Assembly (NCBI GenBank): GCA_040389005.1
Contig: JAZKAS010000032.1
Location: 17,738-49,737 of the forward strand
Direction: 5' to 3'
Source of the DNA: Pseudomonadota bacterium
Lineage (GTDB): Bacteria > Pseudomonadota > Gammaproteobacteria > JAGOUN01
DNA: 32,000 nt
Each line of letters opens with the position of its first letter. Position 1 is the stretch's first letter. Of this stretch, positions 18,707 to 27,657 are shown piece by piece. A program made the translations under genes and the position numbers. The notes beneath the pieces are model-generated. The model was not told the origin of the DNA and ran no database searches. It worked only from the letters and a program-made list of their open reading frames with translations.

Positions 18707-19900
18707 TTATTTATGGCTAGATTTTAATTGATCCAAATAATCCGCCCACTGCTGCATCATCTTGCGTCTCTCCGCTAAATGTGCCGTGCGGTTATAGGCT
18801 CTACCGTTCGGATCACGCACTGCATGACCTAATTGATGCTCGATAAAATCAGGCCGTACACCCAGCACTTCATCTAATACAGTGCGTGCCATCGCTCGAA
18901 ATCCATGACCACTCATTTCTTCTTTTGCAAATCCCATACGTCGCAACGCGGCGAGCACGGCGTTATTACTCATTGGGCGTAATGTAGAGCGTGCGCTAGG
19001 AAAAACATATCTGCCTGTTCCTGTCAAAGCGTAAATCTCTTTGAGTATGTTTATTGATTGTGTAGAGAGCGGCACTAGAAGCGGTTGTCGCATCTTCATT
19101 CGTTCTGCGGGTATATTCCACTCAGCTTTTTCTAAATCGATCTCTGCCCATTCAGCGGCGCGTAATTCTCCAGGACGTACAAAAACAAGCGGTGCAAGTT
19201 TTAATGCGCATTTAGTCACGAGCATTCCTTGATAATCATCTATCGCTCTTAATAATGGCGCAATTTCTTCAGGTTGTGTGAATGCGGCAAGATGTTTTGC
19301 TTTAGTTGCTGGTAATGCGCCTTTTAAATCGGGTACAGGGTCACGTTCGCATCGACTAGTGGCAATGCCGTACCTAAAAACTTGGCTACAATTTTGTTGC
19401 ACTCGGTGCGCTGTTTCTAATGCGCCTCGCTCCTCTATACGTTGCACTACTTTAAGTAATGTTGACGCGGTGATGTCGGCTATTGACATTTCGCCAAGCC
19501 ACGGGAAGATATCTTTTTCTAAGCGCTTTAAAAGTCTGTCGCCGTGAGAGGCTGACCAATTAGCAGAATATTTAGAATGCCACTCTCTTGCGACCACCTC
19601 GAAGCTATTCTCACTTTTTGCTAAGCGGCTTGCTTTCACGGCTTTACGGTTCTCGCTGGGGTCGATCTGTTGTGCCAATAGCTTTCGAGCTTCATCGCGG
19701 CGTTCGCGAGCGTCTTTAAGGCTGACTTCTGGATAGGTGCCTAATGAGATACGTTTCTCTTTACCGTCAACGCGATACTTAAGGCGCCACCATTTACCGC
19801 CTGCGGGTGAAATCTCCAAGTACATGCCTTTCTCATCAGAGAGCTTGTAGGTTTTATCTTTAGGCTTGCTCGTGCGTATGGTTATGTCAGTCAGGCTCAT
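18707..19900 (-). CDS. Tyrosine-type integrase, Arm-DNA-binding (DUF4102)/P4 family
   Basis: MSLTDITIRTSKPKDKTYKLSDEKGMYLEISPAGGKWWRLKYRVDGKEKRISLGTYPEVSL; catalytic-region ELRAAEWAEID, HGFRAMARTVL, EHQLGH, YNRTAHLAERRKMMQQWADYLD. Confidence 0.95.
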   Translation of the reverse strand: MSLTDITIRTSKPKDKTYKLSDEKGMYLEISPAGGKWWRLKYRVDGKEKRISLGTYPEVSLKDARERRDEARKLLAQQIDPSENRKAVKASRLAKSENSFEVVAREWHSKYSANWSASHGDRLLKRLEKDIFPWLGEMSIADITASTLLKVVQRIEERGALETAHRVQQNCSQVFRYGIATSRCERDPVPDLKGALPATKAKHLAAFTQPEEIAPLLRAIDDYQGMLVTKCALKLAPLVFVRPGELRAAEWAEIDLEKAEWNIPAERMKMRQPLLVPLSTQSINILKEIYALTGTGRYVFPSARSTLRPMSNNAVLAALRRMGFAKEEMSGHGFRAMARTVLDEVLGVRPDFIEHQLGHAVRDPNGRAYNRTAHLAERRKMMQQWADYLDQLKSSHK

Positions 19901-20064
19901 TTGGGGGCAGCAACTTTGTTGTTAATCAAGATGCCCCCGATATTGCCCCCACTTAATGGTGGATGTCAATAGACGGTCTAAGACCAGAATGGACTTGAAA
20001 ACGGCGTAAGTACTTGATATTTTGTGCTAAGTTGGACTTTGTTGGACGTCGTGAGATGGACAAT

Positions 20065-20437
20065 TGGTGGAGGCGGCGGGAGTTGAACCCGCGTCCGCAA
20101 ACTCTACGCCTTCGCTTCTACATGCTTAGTCTTGTCTTTATTTGATTCTGCGTCGCCGACAAGAAGGCGTTCACAGAACGAAGCTTTAATTGATTTTCGG
20201 GATTTAAGTCAAAGCACCTTAAATCATTATCTTATGAATATTACCGTTCCCCAATCCCATAAGCAGAATCAGTTCGCGGCAACGACATTAAGCGGCTTTA
20301 GCTATTTCTAGATCAGCAGCGTCGTTGTAAATTGCATTATTTGCGATTATATTTACTTGTAATACGTTTAACGAGATTACTACGTGCTCGGCATGCGGCT
20401 CGGGTTTCGCTATTCACGTCGAAGCCAGAACGCCCCC
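20065..20437 (-). ncRNA. ssrA: tmRNA
   Basis: 5' end (minus) GGGGGCGTTCTGGCTTCGACG; 3' end TTGCGGACGCGGGTTCAACTCCCGCCGCCTCCACCA with T-arm and CCA; tag reading frame 20288..20344. Confidence 0.95.
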
Positions 20438-20472
20438 ATTGAATTGACGATTATATCACAAATTGTGAAAGA

Positions 20473-21294
20473 TTAAAGCATATCTGAAATTAATCGCCCT
20501 TCTATCGGCACAAGAAAATTGGCTTTGCCCAATTCGTTATAGGCGCAAGGCTCATGAAAATCAGACCCTATCGACATAGCTAAATCAAGTTGTTTGGCTA
20601 AATTTGCCATTAGCATTTGATCAGATTTATTTTGATTGGTAGTAGCAACTTCAATACCTTCGCCACCCGCAGCTTTGAATTCTTCAAACATCGTGGTTGT
20701 TTTTTTGATGGTGAGATCATAACGTCGTGGATGAGCAATAACCGGAAGCCCGCCGGCATCGCGAATCATTTGCGCCGCATCGGCTAATGACATCCATTCG
20801 GATTTAACATACCCCGGTTTGCCGCGCGCCATAAATTGTTTGAACGCTTTGCCAGGCGCTAAAGCATAACCTCGGCTTACCAAATAACGCGCGAAATGCA
20901 GCCTTCCGGGCACGCCTTTAACGTATCGAGCAATACCTTCTTCAACACCTGGAATACCAAACTTAATGAGTTTTTTAGTGATTTGTTCAGCACGATTCTG
21001 TCGAGCATGCATGACACCATTGAGCTTATCGCGCAAGGGTTGGTGCAATATATTAACGTTCAAGCCGATCATATGAATGGTTTGTTCACGCCATAAACAA
21101 GAAACCTCTATACCAGGGATTATTCGGATGGCATGTGATTGGGCGGCAAGTATAGCTTCGTCGATCCCCATGACGGTATCGTGATCGGTTAAAGCCAGAA
21201 TATCGACCTGCTTTTCTATCGCACGTTGCACAAGTTCGGTGGGTGATAAAACACCGTCTGAATAGTAAGTATGGGCGTGAAGATCAATTTTCAT
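20473..21294 (-). CDS. rnm: PHP-domain phosphoesterase (3',5'-nucleoside bisphosphate phosphatase / YciV-like)
   Basis: MKIDLHAHTYYSDG, LALTDHDTVMG, IPGIEVSC, PVIAHPRRYDL, IGSDFHEP. Confidence 0.88.
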   Translation of the reverse strand: MKIDLHAHTYYSDGVLSPTELVQRAIEKQVDILALTDHDTVMGIDEAILAAQSHAIRIIPGIEVSCLWREQTIHMIGLNVNILHQPLRDKLNGVMHARQNRAEQITKKLIKFGIPGVEEGIARYVKGVPGRLHFARYLVSRGYALAPGKAFKQFMARGKPGYVKSEWMSLADAAQMIRDAGGLPVIAHPRRYDLTIKKTTTMFEEFKAAGGEGIEVATTNQNKSDQMLMANLAKQLDLAMSIGSDFHEPCAYNELGKANFLVPIEGRLISDML

Positions 21295-21365
21295 AAAAAG
21301 GCATTGTATTTTGAGATTAAATTTTGCCTATGATAGACTGGTTACATCAAAAGTGTGAGGATTTT

Positions 21366-21929
21366 ATGCAGATTTTTTACGATTTATTCCCTTTGTTCTT
21401 CTTTTTCATTGCTTATAAATTTATGGGGATTTATGTGGCGACGGGTGTGGCAATTGCCGCGAGCGTCATTCAAGTGGTATATACGCGAATCCGGCATAAA
21501 AATTATCAAACCATCCAAGTGGTGACGTGCGTGATGATTGTGGTGTTTGGCGGTATGACGCTCGCTTTTCATAATCCTGTTTTCATTAAATGGAAACCCA
21601 CGATGATCAACTGGATTTTAGCGATCATCTTTATCGGCAGCCAACATATCGGCAAACAATCGGTATTACAACGTATGTTGCATGACAAAATCTCAGCACC
21701 CGCTTATGTTTGGCGTACGCTTAATACGATGTGGGTGAGTTTTTTTATTTTTACGGGCACTTTGAATTTGATCGTCGCTTATAATGTTGATACCGATACT
21801 TGGGTCAACTTTAAAGTCTTTGGCATGTTAGGATTAACGTTTATTTTTGGTGTTATTCAAGCGTTTTATTTAGCAAAACATATTAAAACATCGGGGCCAG
21901 CAGTAGAAAATAATCATGCTAACAATTGA
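21366..21929 (+). CDS. yciB: Inner membrane septation protein A
   Basis: MQIFYDLFPLFFFFIAYKFMGIYVATGVAIAASVIQV; WKPTMINWILAIIFIGSQHIGKQSVLQRML; start at internal ATG 21366. Confidence 0.9.
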   Translation: MQIFYDLFPLFFFFIAYKFMGIYVATGVAIAASVIQVVYTRIRHKNYQTIQVVTCVMIVVFGGMTLAFHNPVFIKWKPTMINWILAIIFIGSQHIGKQSVLQRMLHDKISAPAYVWRTLNTMWVSFFIFTGTLNLIVAYNVDTDTWVNFKVFGMLGLTFIFGVIQAFYLAKHIKTSGPAVENNHANN

Positions 21930-22167
21930 ACTGATGCGATCACGTATTTCGGCGCTAATTTCACCGACGCATCTTGAAATTATCGATGACAGTCATAAAC
22001 ATATTGGCCACACGGGCAATACGGGCGGCGGGCATTTTACGCTGATTATTTCGGCAGAAAAATTAAATGGGCTTTCAAAATTAGCGAGTCATCGTTTAAT
22101 TTATTCTGCCGTAAACGATTTAATACCAGAAAAAATTCATGCTTTAGCCATCAAAATTAAAGCATAA
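21916..22167 (+). CDS. BolA-family protein
   Basis: [27 protein letters not shown]...[21 protein letters not shown]. Confidence 0.9.
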   Translation: MLTIELMRSRISALISPTHLEIIDDSHKHIGHTGNTGGGHFTLIISAEKLNGLSKLASHRLIYSAVNDLIPEKIHALAIKIKA

Positions 22168-23144
22168 TCGATCAAAACTAGCGCCAACATTGCTTCAACA
22201 ACAGGTACGCCACGAATGCCGACACACGGATCATGTCGCCCGGTGGTAATAATTTCAGTTTCTTCGCCCATTGTTGTAATCGTTTTTGCAGGTTGTGTAA
22301 TGCTCGATGTGGGTTTAAATGCTACCGAAGCTTTAATTATTTGTCCGGAACTAATACCGCCCAAAACCCCACCGGCATGATTCGATAAAAATCTCGTTGA
22401 ATCCATTTCATCACGATGTTCACTGCCCTTTTGCTCGATACACGCAAAACCATCACCGATTTCAACGCCTTTTACTGCAGGAATACTCATAAGCGCTTTT
22501 GCAATTTCTGCATCTAAACGATCAAACACCGGTTCGCCCAATCCTGCAGGAACATTTTTTGCAATGACATCAACGCGCGCGCCGATGGAATTTCCTTCAC
22601 GACGTAACTGCGTAATCAAACTTTCCAATTCATCTGCATTATTTTCAGTAATTCGCAATGAACCCACTTGCGTTAAAAATCCATTGATTTCAATTTGATA
22701 TTTTTCACGTAAATATTTTTTCGCGATCGCACCTGCGGCAACGCGTAAAACCGTTTCACGCGCAGAAGCGCGTCCACCACCGTAATAATCTCGAATACCG
22801 TATTTTTGAAAATACGTATAATCTGCGTGACCAGGTCGAAATTTATGTTTGATGTCTTCGTAATCACTTGCACGCTGATTCGTATTTTCGATTAACAATC
22901 CAATGGGAGTACCTGTAGTAACACCTTCAAATACACCCGAAATAATTTTCACCTGATCAGGCTCACGACGTTGTGATGTCAGTGAAGATTGACCGGGTTT
23001 ACGTCGATCTAATTCTTGCTGAATATCGTCTTCAGATAACAATAATCCTGCGGGGCAGCCATCGATAATTCCCATATATGCTGGGCCGTGACTTTCACCA
23101 CAAGACGTTAAGCGAAATAAAGTTCCAAAAGAATTACCAGACAT
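22137..23144 (-). CDS. aroC: Chorismate synthase
   Basis: [31 protein letters not shown]; [43 protein letters not shown]. Confidence 0.97.
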   Translation of the reverse strand: MSGNSFGTLFRLTSCGESHGPAYMGIIDGCPAGLLLSEDDIQQELDRRKPGQSSLTSQRREPDQVKIISGVFEGVTTGTPIGLLIENTNQRASDYEDIKHKFRPGHADYTYFQKYGIRDYYGGGRASARETVLRVAAGAIAKKYLREKYQIEINGFLTQVGSLRITENNADELESLITQLRREGNSIGARVDVIAKNVPAGLGEPVFDRLDAEIAKALMSIPAVKGVEIGDGFACIEQKGSEHRDEMDSTRFLSNHAGGVLGGISSGQIIKASVAFKPTSSITQPAKTITTMGEETEIITTGRHDPCVGIRGVPVVEAMLALVLIDYALILMAKA

Positions 23145-24012
23145 TCAATAAATCCTCTTTATTTAACATAAACACGCCCTCGCCACCCATCTCAAACTCT
23201 AACCAAACAAAAGGCAAATTGGGATAATGCTCTTCCATTATCTGCCAAGTATTTCCGACTTCGACGATTAATATTCCATTATCTTTTAAATGACGCGCCG
23301 CTTGTTTTAAAATTTGATCGACAATATCTAAACCCAAATCGCCCGATACCAAGGCCATTGTCGGTTCATGCTCAAATTCTTCTGGCAATGATTGCATTTC
23401 TTCTTGGCCGACATACGGCGGATTACTGACAATAATATCGTATTGTTTATGCTTCACCGGATGAAATAAATCACCCTGTAGTAAATGCACTTGATTCGTT
23501 AAATTATGTTGCTCTACATTTATTCTTGCGACATCTAACGCATCTTGTGATAAATCCACCGCGTCGATATTGGCATTTTCAAACGCATACGCACACGCGA
23601 TTGCAATACAACCGCTGCCGGTGCAAAGATCTAAAACGTCGGTCACCGTTTCTGGATCGATCCAGGGCTCGAAATAATTACAAATCACTTCAGCCAATGG
23701 CGAACGTGGAATCAACACGCGCTCATCAACATAAAACGGCAAACCACAAAACCAAGCTTTATGCGTTAAGTACGGCACAGGCACATGCGCATTAACGCGC
23801 TGATGAATGAGAGTTATTAATTCTTCTGGATTTTCAAGCGGAATAGCAGCGAGCGCCTCATCGCTCATATCATGCGATAAATTAAGCACATCAATCACTA
23901 ATGCATATGCTTCATCCAAAGCATTATCGGTTCCGTGGCCATAAAAAATATCGGATTGCTCGAAAAATTTATTCGCGTATTGAATTGCTTGTAATGGATT
24001 ATTCACTCGCAT
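23134..24012 (-). CDS. prmB: 50S ribosomal protein L3 glutamine methyltransferase
   Basis: [18 protein letters not shown]; [14 protein letters not shown]; [19 protein letters not shown]. Confidence 0.93.
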   Translation of the reverse strand: MRVNNPLQAIQYANKFFEQSDIFYGHGTDNALDEAYALVIDVLNLSHDMSDEALAAIPLENPEELITLIHQRVNAHVPVPYLTHKAWFCGLPFYVDERVLIPRSPLAEVICNYFEPWIDPETVTDVLDLCTGSGCIAIACAYAFENANIDAVDLSQDALDVARINVEQHNLTNQVHLLQGDLFHPVKHKQYDIIVSNPPYVGQEEMQSLPEEFEHEPTMALVSGDLGLDIVDQILKQAARHLKDNGILIVEVGNTWQIMEEHYPNLPFVWLEFEMGGEGVFMLNKEDLLNVW

Positions 24013-24102
24013 AGCTAACTAAAATGAGAAAAAGATGTGTAAGAGTCTACCATCCATCACGAAAATTCGATACTATCCTAAAAACAATTTATCAGGATCA
24101 GT

Positions 24103-24510
24103 ATGAGCAAGACTGTCGTATCCCCCTACGCAAACTGCTCAAAAATCTCCCCTGAAAGCTATCTTTTTCAAGCAAATTCCAGTTTAGGCCCCAAAATTAT
24201 TCGTAAATTGAAACAAGGTAACTATGTTCTAGAAGCCACCTTAGATTTACATGGTTATATTTTGAGCCAAGCGGAAGATACCCTAGAAGAATTTATTCAA
24301 GAATGTTTAGAGGATAGTTTGCGCTGTGTTCTGATAATACACGGCAAAGGATCACAAGCTATTTTAAAAAATCACGTCAATGATTACCTTCAATATCACT
24401 CGCAAGTGCTCGCTTTTTGTTCAGCCAAATCAAAAGATGGCGGCACGGGTGCAATTTATGCTTTATTAAAAAAACAACACTCAACAGGAGACAACTGTGA
24501 AGAAAAATAA
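24103..24510 (+). CDS. Smr-domain protein
   Basis: LDLHGYILSQAEDTLEEFIQECLEDSLRCVLIIHGKG...GGTGAIYALLK. Confidence 0.88.
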   Translation: MSKTVVSPYANCSKISPESYLFQANSSLGPKIIRKLKQGNYVLEATLDLHGYILSQAEDTLEEFIQECLEDSLRCVLIIHGKGSQAILKNHVNDYLQYHSQVLAFCSAKSKDGGTGAIYALLKKQHSTGDNCEEK

Positions 24511-25129
24511 AATAATCGTTATTGGCATTGCAGGTGCCTCAGGCTCAGGCAAAAGCCTCCTCGCAAACAATATTGTCAGCGAGCTCGGAACCGACCAAGT
24601 TGTAGTGATTTCCGAAGATTCTTATTACAAAGATCAAAGCCAACTTTCCTTTGAAGATCGAGCCAAAGTCAATTATGACCACCCCAACTCGTTTGATCAT
24701 GATTTGCTGAGCGAGCATTTGACTCAACTACAAAACTGGAAGACCGTCGACGTGCCTATGTACGACCACTCTCAACACGTACGCAAAAATCAAACTCGTA
24801 AAGTGGGTAACCACCGCATTATTGTCTTAGAAGGCATTTTATTATTTGTTGATCCTGAGCTTAGAAAGAAAATGGACATCAAAATCTATATGGATACCGC
24901 GCTTGATACCTGCTTAATTCGCCGCTTAAGACGCGATATTGTTGAGCGCGCGCGTACGTTTGATTCCGTGATTGAGCAATACGAATCCACCGTTCGCCCC
25001 ATGTATTTGCGCTTTATTGAGCCATCTCGCTTGCATGCTGATCTTATCGTTCCCCGTGGCGGTGAAAATCGCATTGCGATCGATATGATTAAAGCAAAAA
25101 TGCGTGAATTATTAGGTAACGAGGCTTGA
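24497..25129 (+). CDS. udk: Uridine kinase
   Basis: IGIAGASGSGKSLLANNI; ISEDSYYKDQ; NYDHPNSFDHDLL; VILEGILLF; RRLRRDIVERARTFDSVIEQYESTVRPMYLRFIEPSR. Confidence 0.95.
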   Translation: MKKNKIIVIGIAGASGSGKSLLANNIVSELGTDQVVVISEDSYYKDQSQLSFEDRAKVNYDHPNSFDHDLLSEHLTQLQNWKTVDVPMYDHSQHVRKNQTRKVGNHRIIVLEGILLFVDPELRKKMDIKIYMDTALDTCLIRRLRRDIVERARTFDSVIEQYESTVRPMYLRFIEPSRLHADLIVPRGGENRIAIDMIKAKMRELLGNEA

Positions 25130-25140
25130 CCGAAGGCCAC

Positions 25141-25166
25141 GAGGCGTTTACTATAGCGCCTCTTTG
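25141..25166 (+). terminator. Candidate intrinsic terminator after udk
   Basis: GAGGCG...CGCCTC stem followed by TTT immediately downstream of the udk stop. Confidence 0.4.
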
Positions 25167-25170
25167 GTAT

Positions 25171-25246
<76 letters not shown>

Positions 25247-25433
25247 TTCTAATTCTGTAACTAGCTGAAAACACTAGAGTTTCAGTTCTTACCTAAAGAA
25301 AAGGTCACCCTTTGGTTACCCTAATGTGAAATCGTAAAAAATCCCTTGTCTTGTGTTAATAGCTAAAATAGGCAAGGCCAAAGTTTTCATGAATTAACAA
25401 AAATAAAATCATATGAAGTAACAAGCCTAAATC

Positions 25434-26513
25434 TTAAATAGGCGGCGCTATGGCAGCTTCGGTGTTACCGCCAATATTTGCTGAAATTCCTCCCACTGGT
25501 CCAAAAACAGAAAGACCAGGGGAAGACAGTGAGGCTGAAGCACTGAGTACATCCTGGGCGGCAATAGGAGGTACGACAGGCATATTACTAATGAATCTTG
25601 TGCCTGCCATAATTAAGGCTGGATCCTTTGGGTAATACTCAATTGTTAGATCAAGATTTCGGGTGTTTGCAGCTGTATTGTCAAAAATATCCTTTAGTCC
25701 TACAAGATGCGCATCTCCAACATTAAAGCGTATTTCATTCACATGTGTTGCCGAAAGAATTGATAGAATGTTTTTAACAAAAACCTTGTTCCTCGCTGTC
25801 ATGACTACTTCATTGTAAAAATCGTCGCCAGTAAGAGCGGCAAGCTGCGGAACTGAGTCAAAAAATAATACAAGCCTCTCTTCAGTTAATAATGGATTAT
25901 TGGAAAGCTCATGGTAAACAGTTTTAATTGAGAATAGAAGAAAAGAAGAAACTCTCTTTAATACACTATCAAGCTCACTTCTGATTTCTAAAACAGCCCT
26001 TAAAAACTGAATATTATATGTTTTTGTAGCTATAGCTGAGTCAAAACCTGCATCTGTAAATAATAAAGCATGCGCTTGAAGTGCTATTTTTACCTTGTTT
26101 TCAATTTTATATTTTATTAGTAGCTCCTGCATTTTGTCATGCGTAAAAGCCAATCTACATAAACTGATAACATCATTGATATAGCTTCTTACAATATAAA
26201 AAAGTTTTGCTTGAGAAGCCCCAGGTAAACGAGGAAACACATTCAAAATAGCAGCATCACCCCTAATATTAGCATCATGTAATTTTTGAATAGCTTGCAA
26301 TAAATTTGCATAATTTTTTAAAATAGACCCCAGACTTAATAAAAGAGAACACTCAACACCATATACATTATCAACGGGCGGCAAGGAAAAGCCCCCTCCT
26401 TCCATAAGCAAAATTATAGAACCATTTCTTGCTTGAAGAGTAAATTGATCCTGCCTGGCTTTATCACCCTCATCATCAAAATGATTTTCACCATAAATTT
26501 TTAAAGTTTTCAT
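25434..26513 (-). CDS. Hypothetical protein with TraB/TIKI (ChaN-like)-like motifs
   Basis: IYGENHFD...ILLMEGGG...YGVECS...VNEIRFNVGDAHLVGLKDIFD; motif-level resemblance only. Confidence 0.5.
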   Translation of the reverse strand: MKTLKIYGENHFDDEGDKARQDQFTLQARNGSIILLMEGGGFSLPPVDNVYGVECSLLLSLGSILKNYANLLQAIQKLHDANIRGDAAILNVFPRLPGASQAKLFYIVRSYINDVISLCRLAFTHDKMQELLIKYKIENKVKIALQAHALLFTDAGFDSAIATKTYNIQFLRAVLEIRSELDSVLKRVSSFLLFSIKTVYHELSNNPLLTEERLVLFFDSVPQLAALTGDDFYNEVVMTARNKVFVKNILSILSATHVNEIRFNVGDAHLVGLKDIFDNTAANTRNLDLTIEYYPKDPALIMAGTRFISNMPVVPPIAAQDVLSASASLSSPGLSVFGPVGGISANIGGNTEAAIAPPI

Positions 26514-26749
26514 CAGGACTCCTGGCTATAAGAAATTTGTACCTAAATGGTTTCGAGGTCAATATGTATTTGGCTTGCCCATCAGCTGGCACATTTTCTC
26601 AACGAAATACCTTGCACAAAAAAAGCCTGGCGCATGTAAATATTTAGACTAGAAGCAAGCCTAAAAATGAACTACCATTTGCAGTAACTATATCATAATT
26701 TTAATAAAACTAAGACTTCTAGTAACATATGTATAAAGCGCATATCGGT

Positions 26750-27031
26750 CTAGTAATTTATTGCGCAATATCTAACCGGCATAGCACTAGGCCCTCCCGC
26801 TTCACTTTTAAAGGTGTAGAATTCGACACCTTTAAAATTTGGGTTATGTATTTGCTCCCAAATCCCGAGAAACTCAACTGTATTACGATTACGCATCCAA
26901 TTATAGACAAGATCGTCACCGCCAAATTTATTAGCCATATCTGTTAAGCTAATAAAATCACTGTCATTAACAGAAAGAATGTTGATGACAGCGCCTTGCA
27001 CGCTCATTGTTACGCTTTTATTCTTTGTCAT
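26750..27031 (-). pseudogene. Truncated KilA-N domain protein
   Basis: FISLTDMANKFGGDDLVYNWMRNRNTVEFLGIWEQIHNPNFKGVEFYTFKSEAGG matches the KilA-N core and ends abruptly before the rest of the domain. Confidence 0.75.
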
Positions 27032-27041
27032 AAAATCCTCG

Positions 27042-27575
27042 CTAGTTTAACTGGCCGGCCATTCTATCTGTATCACCCTCAATAATCGTATAAAGCAATT
27101 GATACGCCACACGCCAGCGTCCGCCCTGTGCCGTAATGAGCGACACTGTTTTTTGGTTTAAACCTTGAACCCGCCCCACCACCGTTTCGCCATTGCGACT
27201 ATTAGTAAAGCCGACCCATTGCCCAACGCTGAGTTCGTTTTTATGCAAACCTTTTTTTTCTGGATTTCTAAAATCAAATTCACGGCTATCTAATTTTAAT
27301 AAATGATAGGGAATTTGCCACTGCTTCATATCGCACGCATTTTGTACCAGGACATTTTTTTGATTTTTCTTTAGTAAACGCGCACGAATAAATTGTTGCG
27401 TTTTCGCTTCAAAATATTCAACGTAGCTGCCTTCTTTTAATTTTTCTTTGACTGCAAAAATACGTTGTGGATTTTCAAGTTCATTTTGAATCGCATGCGA
27501 GACGCGAAAAATTTCAAATAAACTGGCATGTTTCAAAAAGGCAACTAATTGATCATACTCAACCACTTCACTCAT
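27042..27575 (-). CDS. Hypothetical protein, 177 aa
   Basis: Well-formed ORF; no recognised domain. Confidence 0.65.
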   Translation of the reverse strand: MSEVVEYDQLVAFLKHASLFEIFRVSHAIQNELENPQRIFAVKEKLKEGSYVEYFEAKTQQFIRARLLKKNQKNVLVQNACDMKQWQIPYHLLKLDSREFDFRNPEKKGLHKNELSVGQWVGFTNSRNGETVVGRVQGLNQKTVSLITAQGGRWRVAYQLLYTIIEGDTDRMAGQLN

Positions 27576-27657
27576 TAAACACCCCTTTCGCCAGCCAAAA
27601 ACGGCATTGTATTGACTTTAAGAGCTTTAGTGAAGAAACTTAAGCAAGTGAATTTGA

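Larger units (their letters stand above)
9178..20064. mobile_element. P4-type integrative element / genomic island next to ssrA (left boundary tentative)
   Basis: Integrase start faces the 3' end of tmRNA (165 bp away). The block contains alpA-like, primase/ATPase and DUF5681 genes. A 21-bp motif adjacent to int (19931..19951) recurs at 9178..9198 (19/21 identical). Confidence 0.6.

Noticed and set aside
19041-19547. Two + strand ORFs (63 aa and 89 aa)
   Set aside because: Entirely antisense to the well-supported integrase gene.
20031-20050. GTTGGACTTTGTTGGACGTC short tandem near the tmRNA end
   Set aside because: Only a 7-bp shared core; too short to claim as an attachment or binding site.
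25247-27030. tRNA-Asn-integrated island
   Set aside because: No integrase and no duplicate of the tRNA 3' end found downstream; only a weak KilA-N remnant supports foreign origin.
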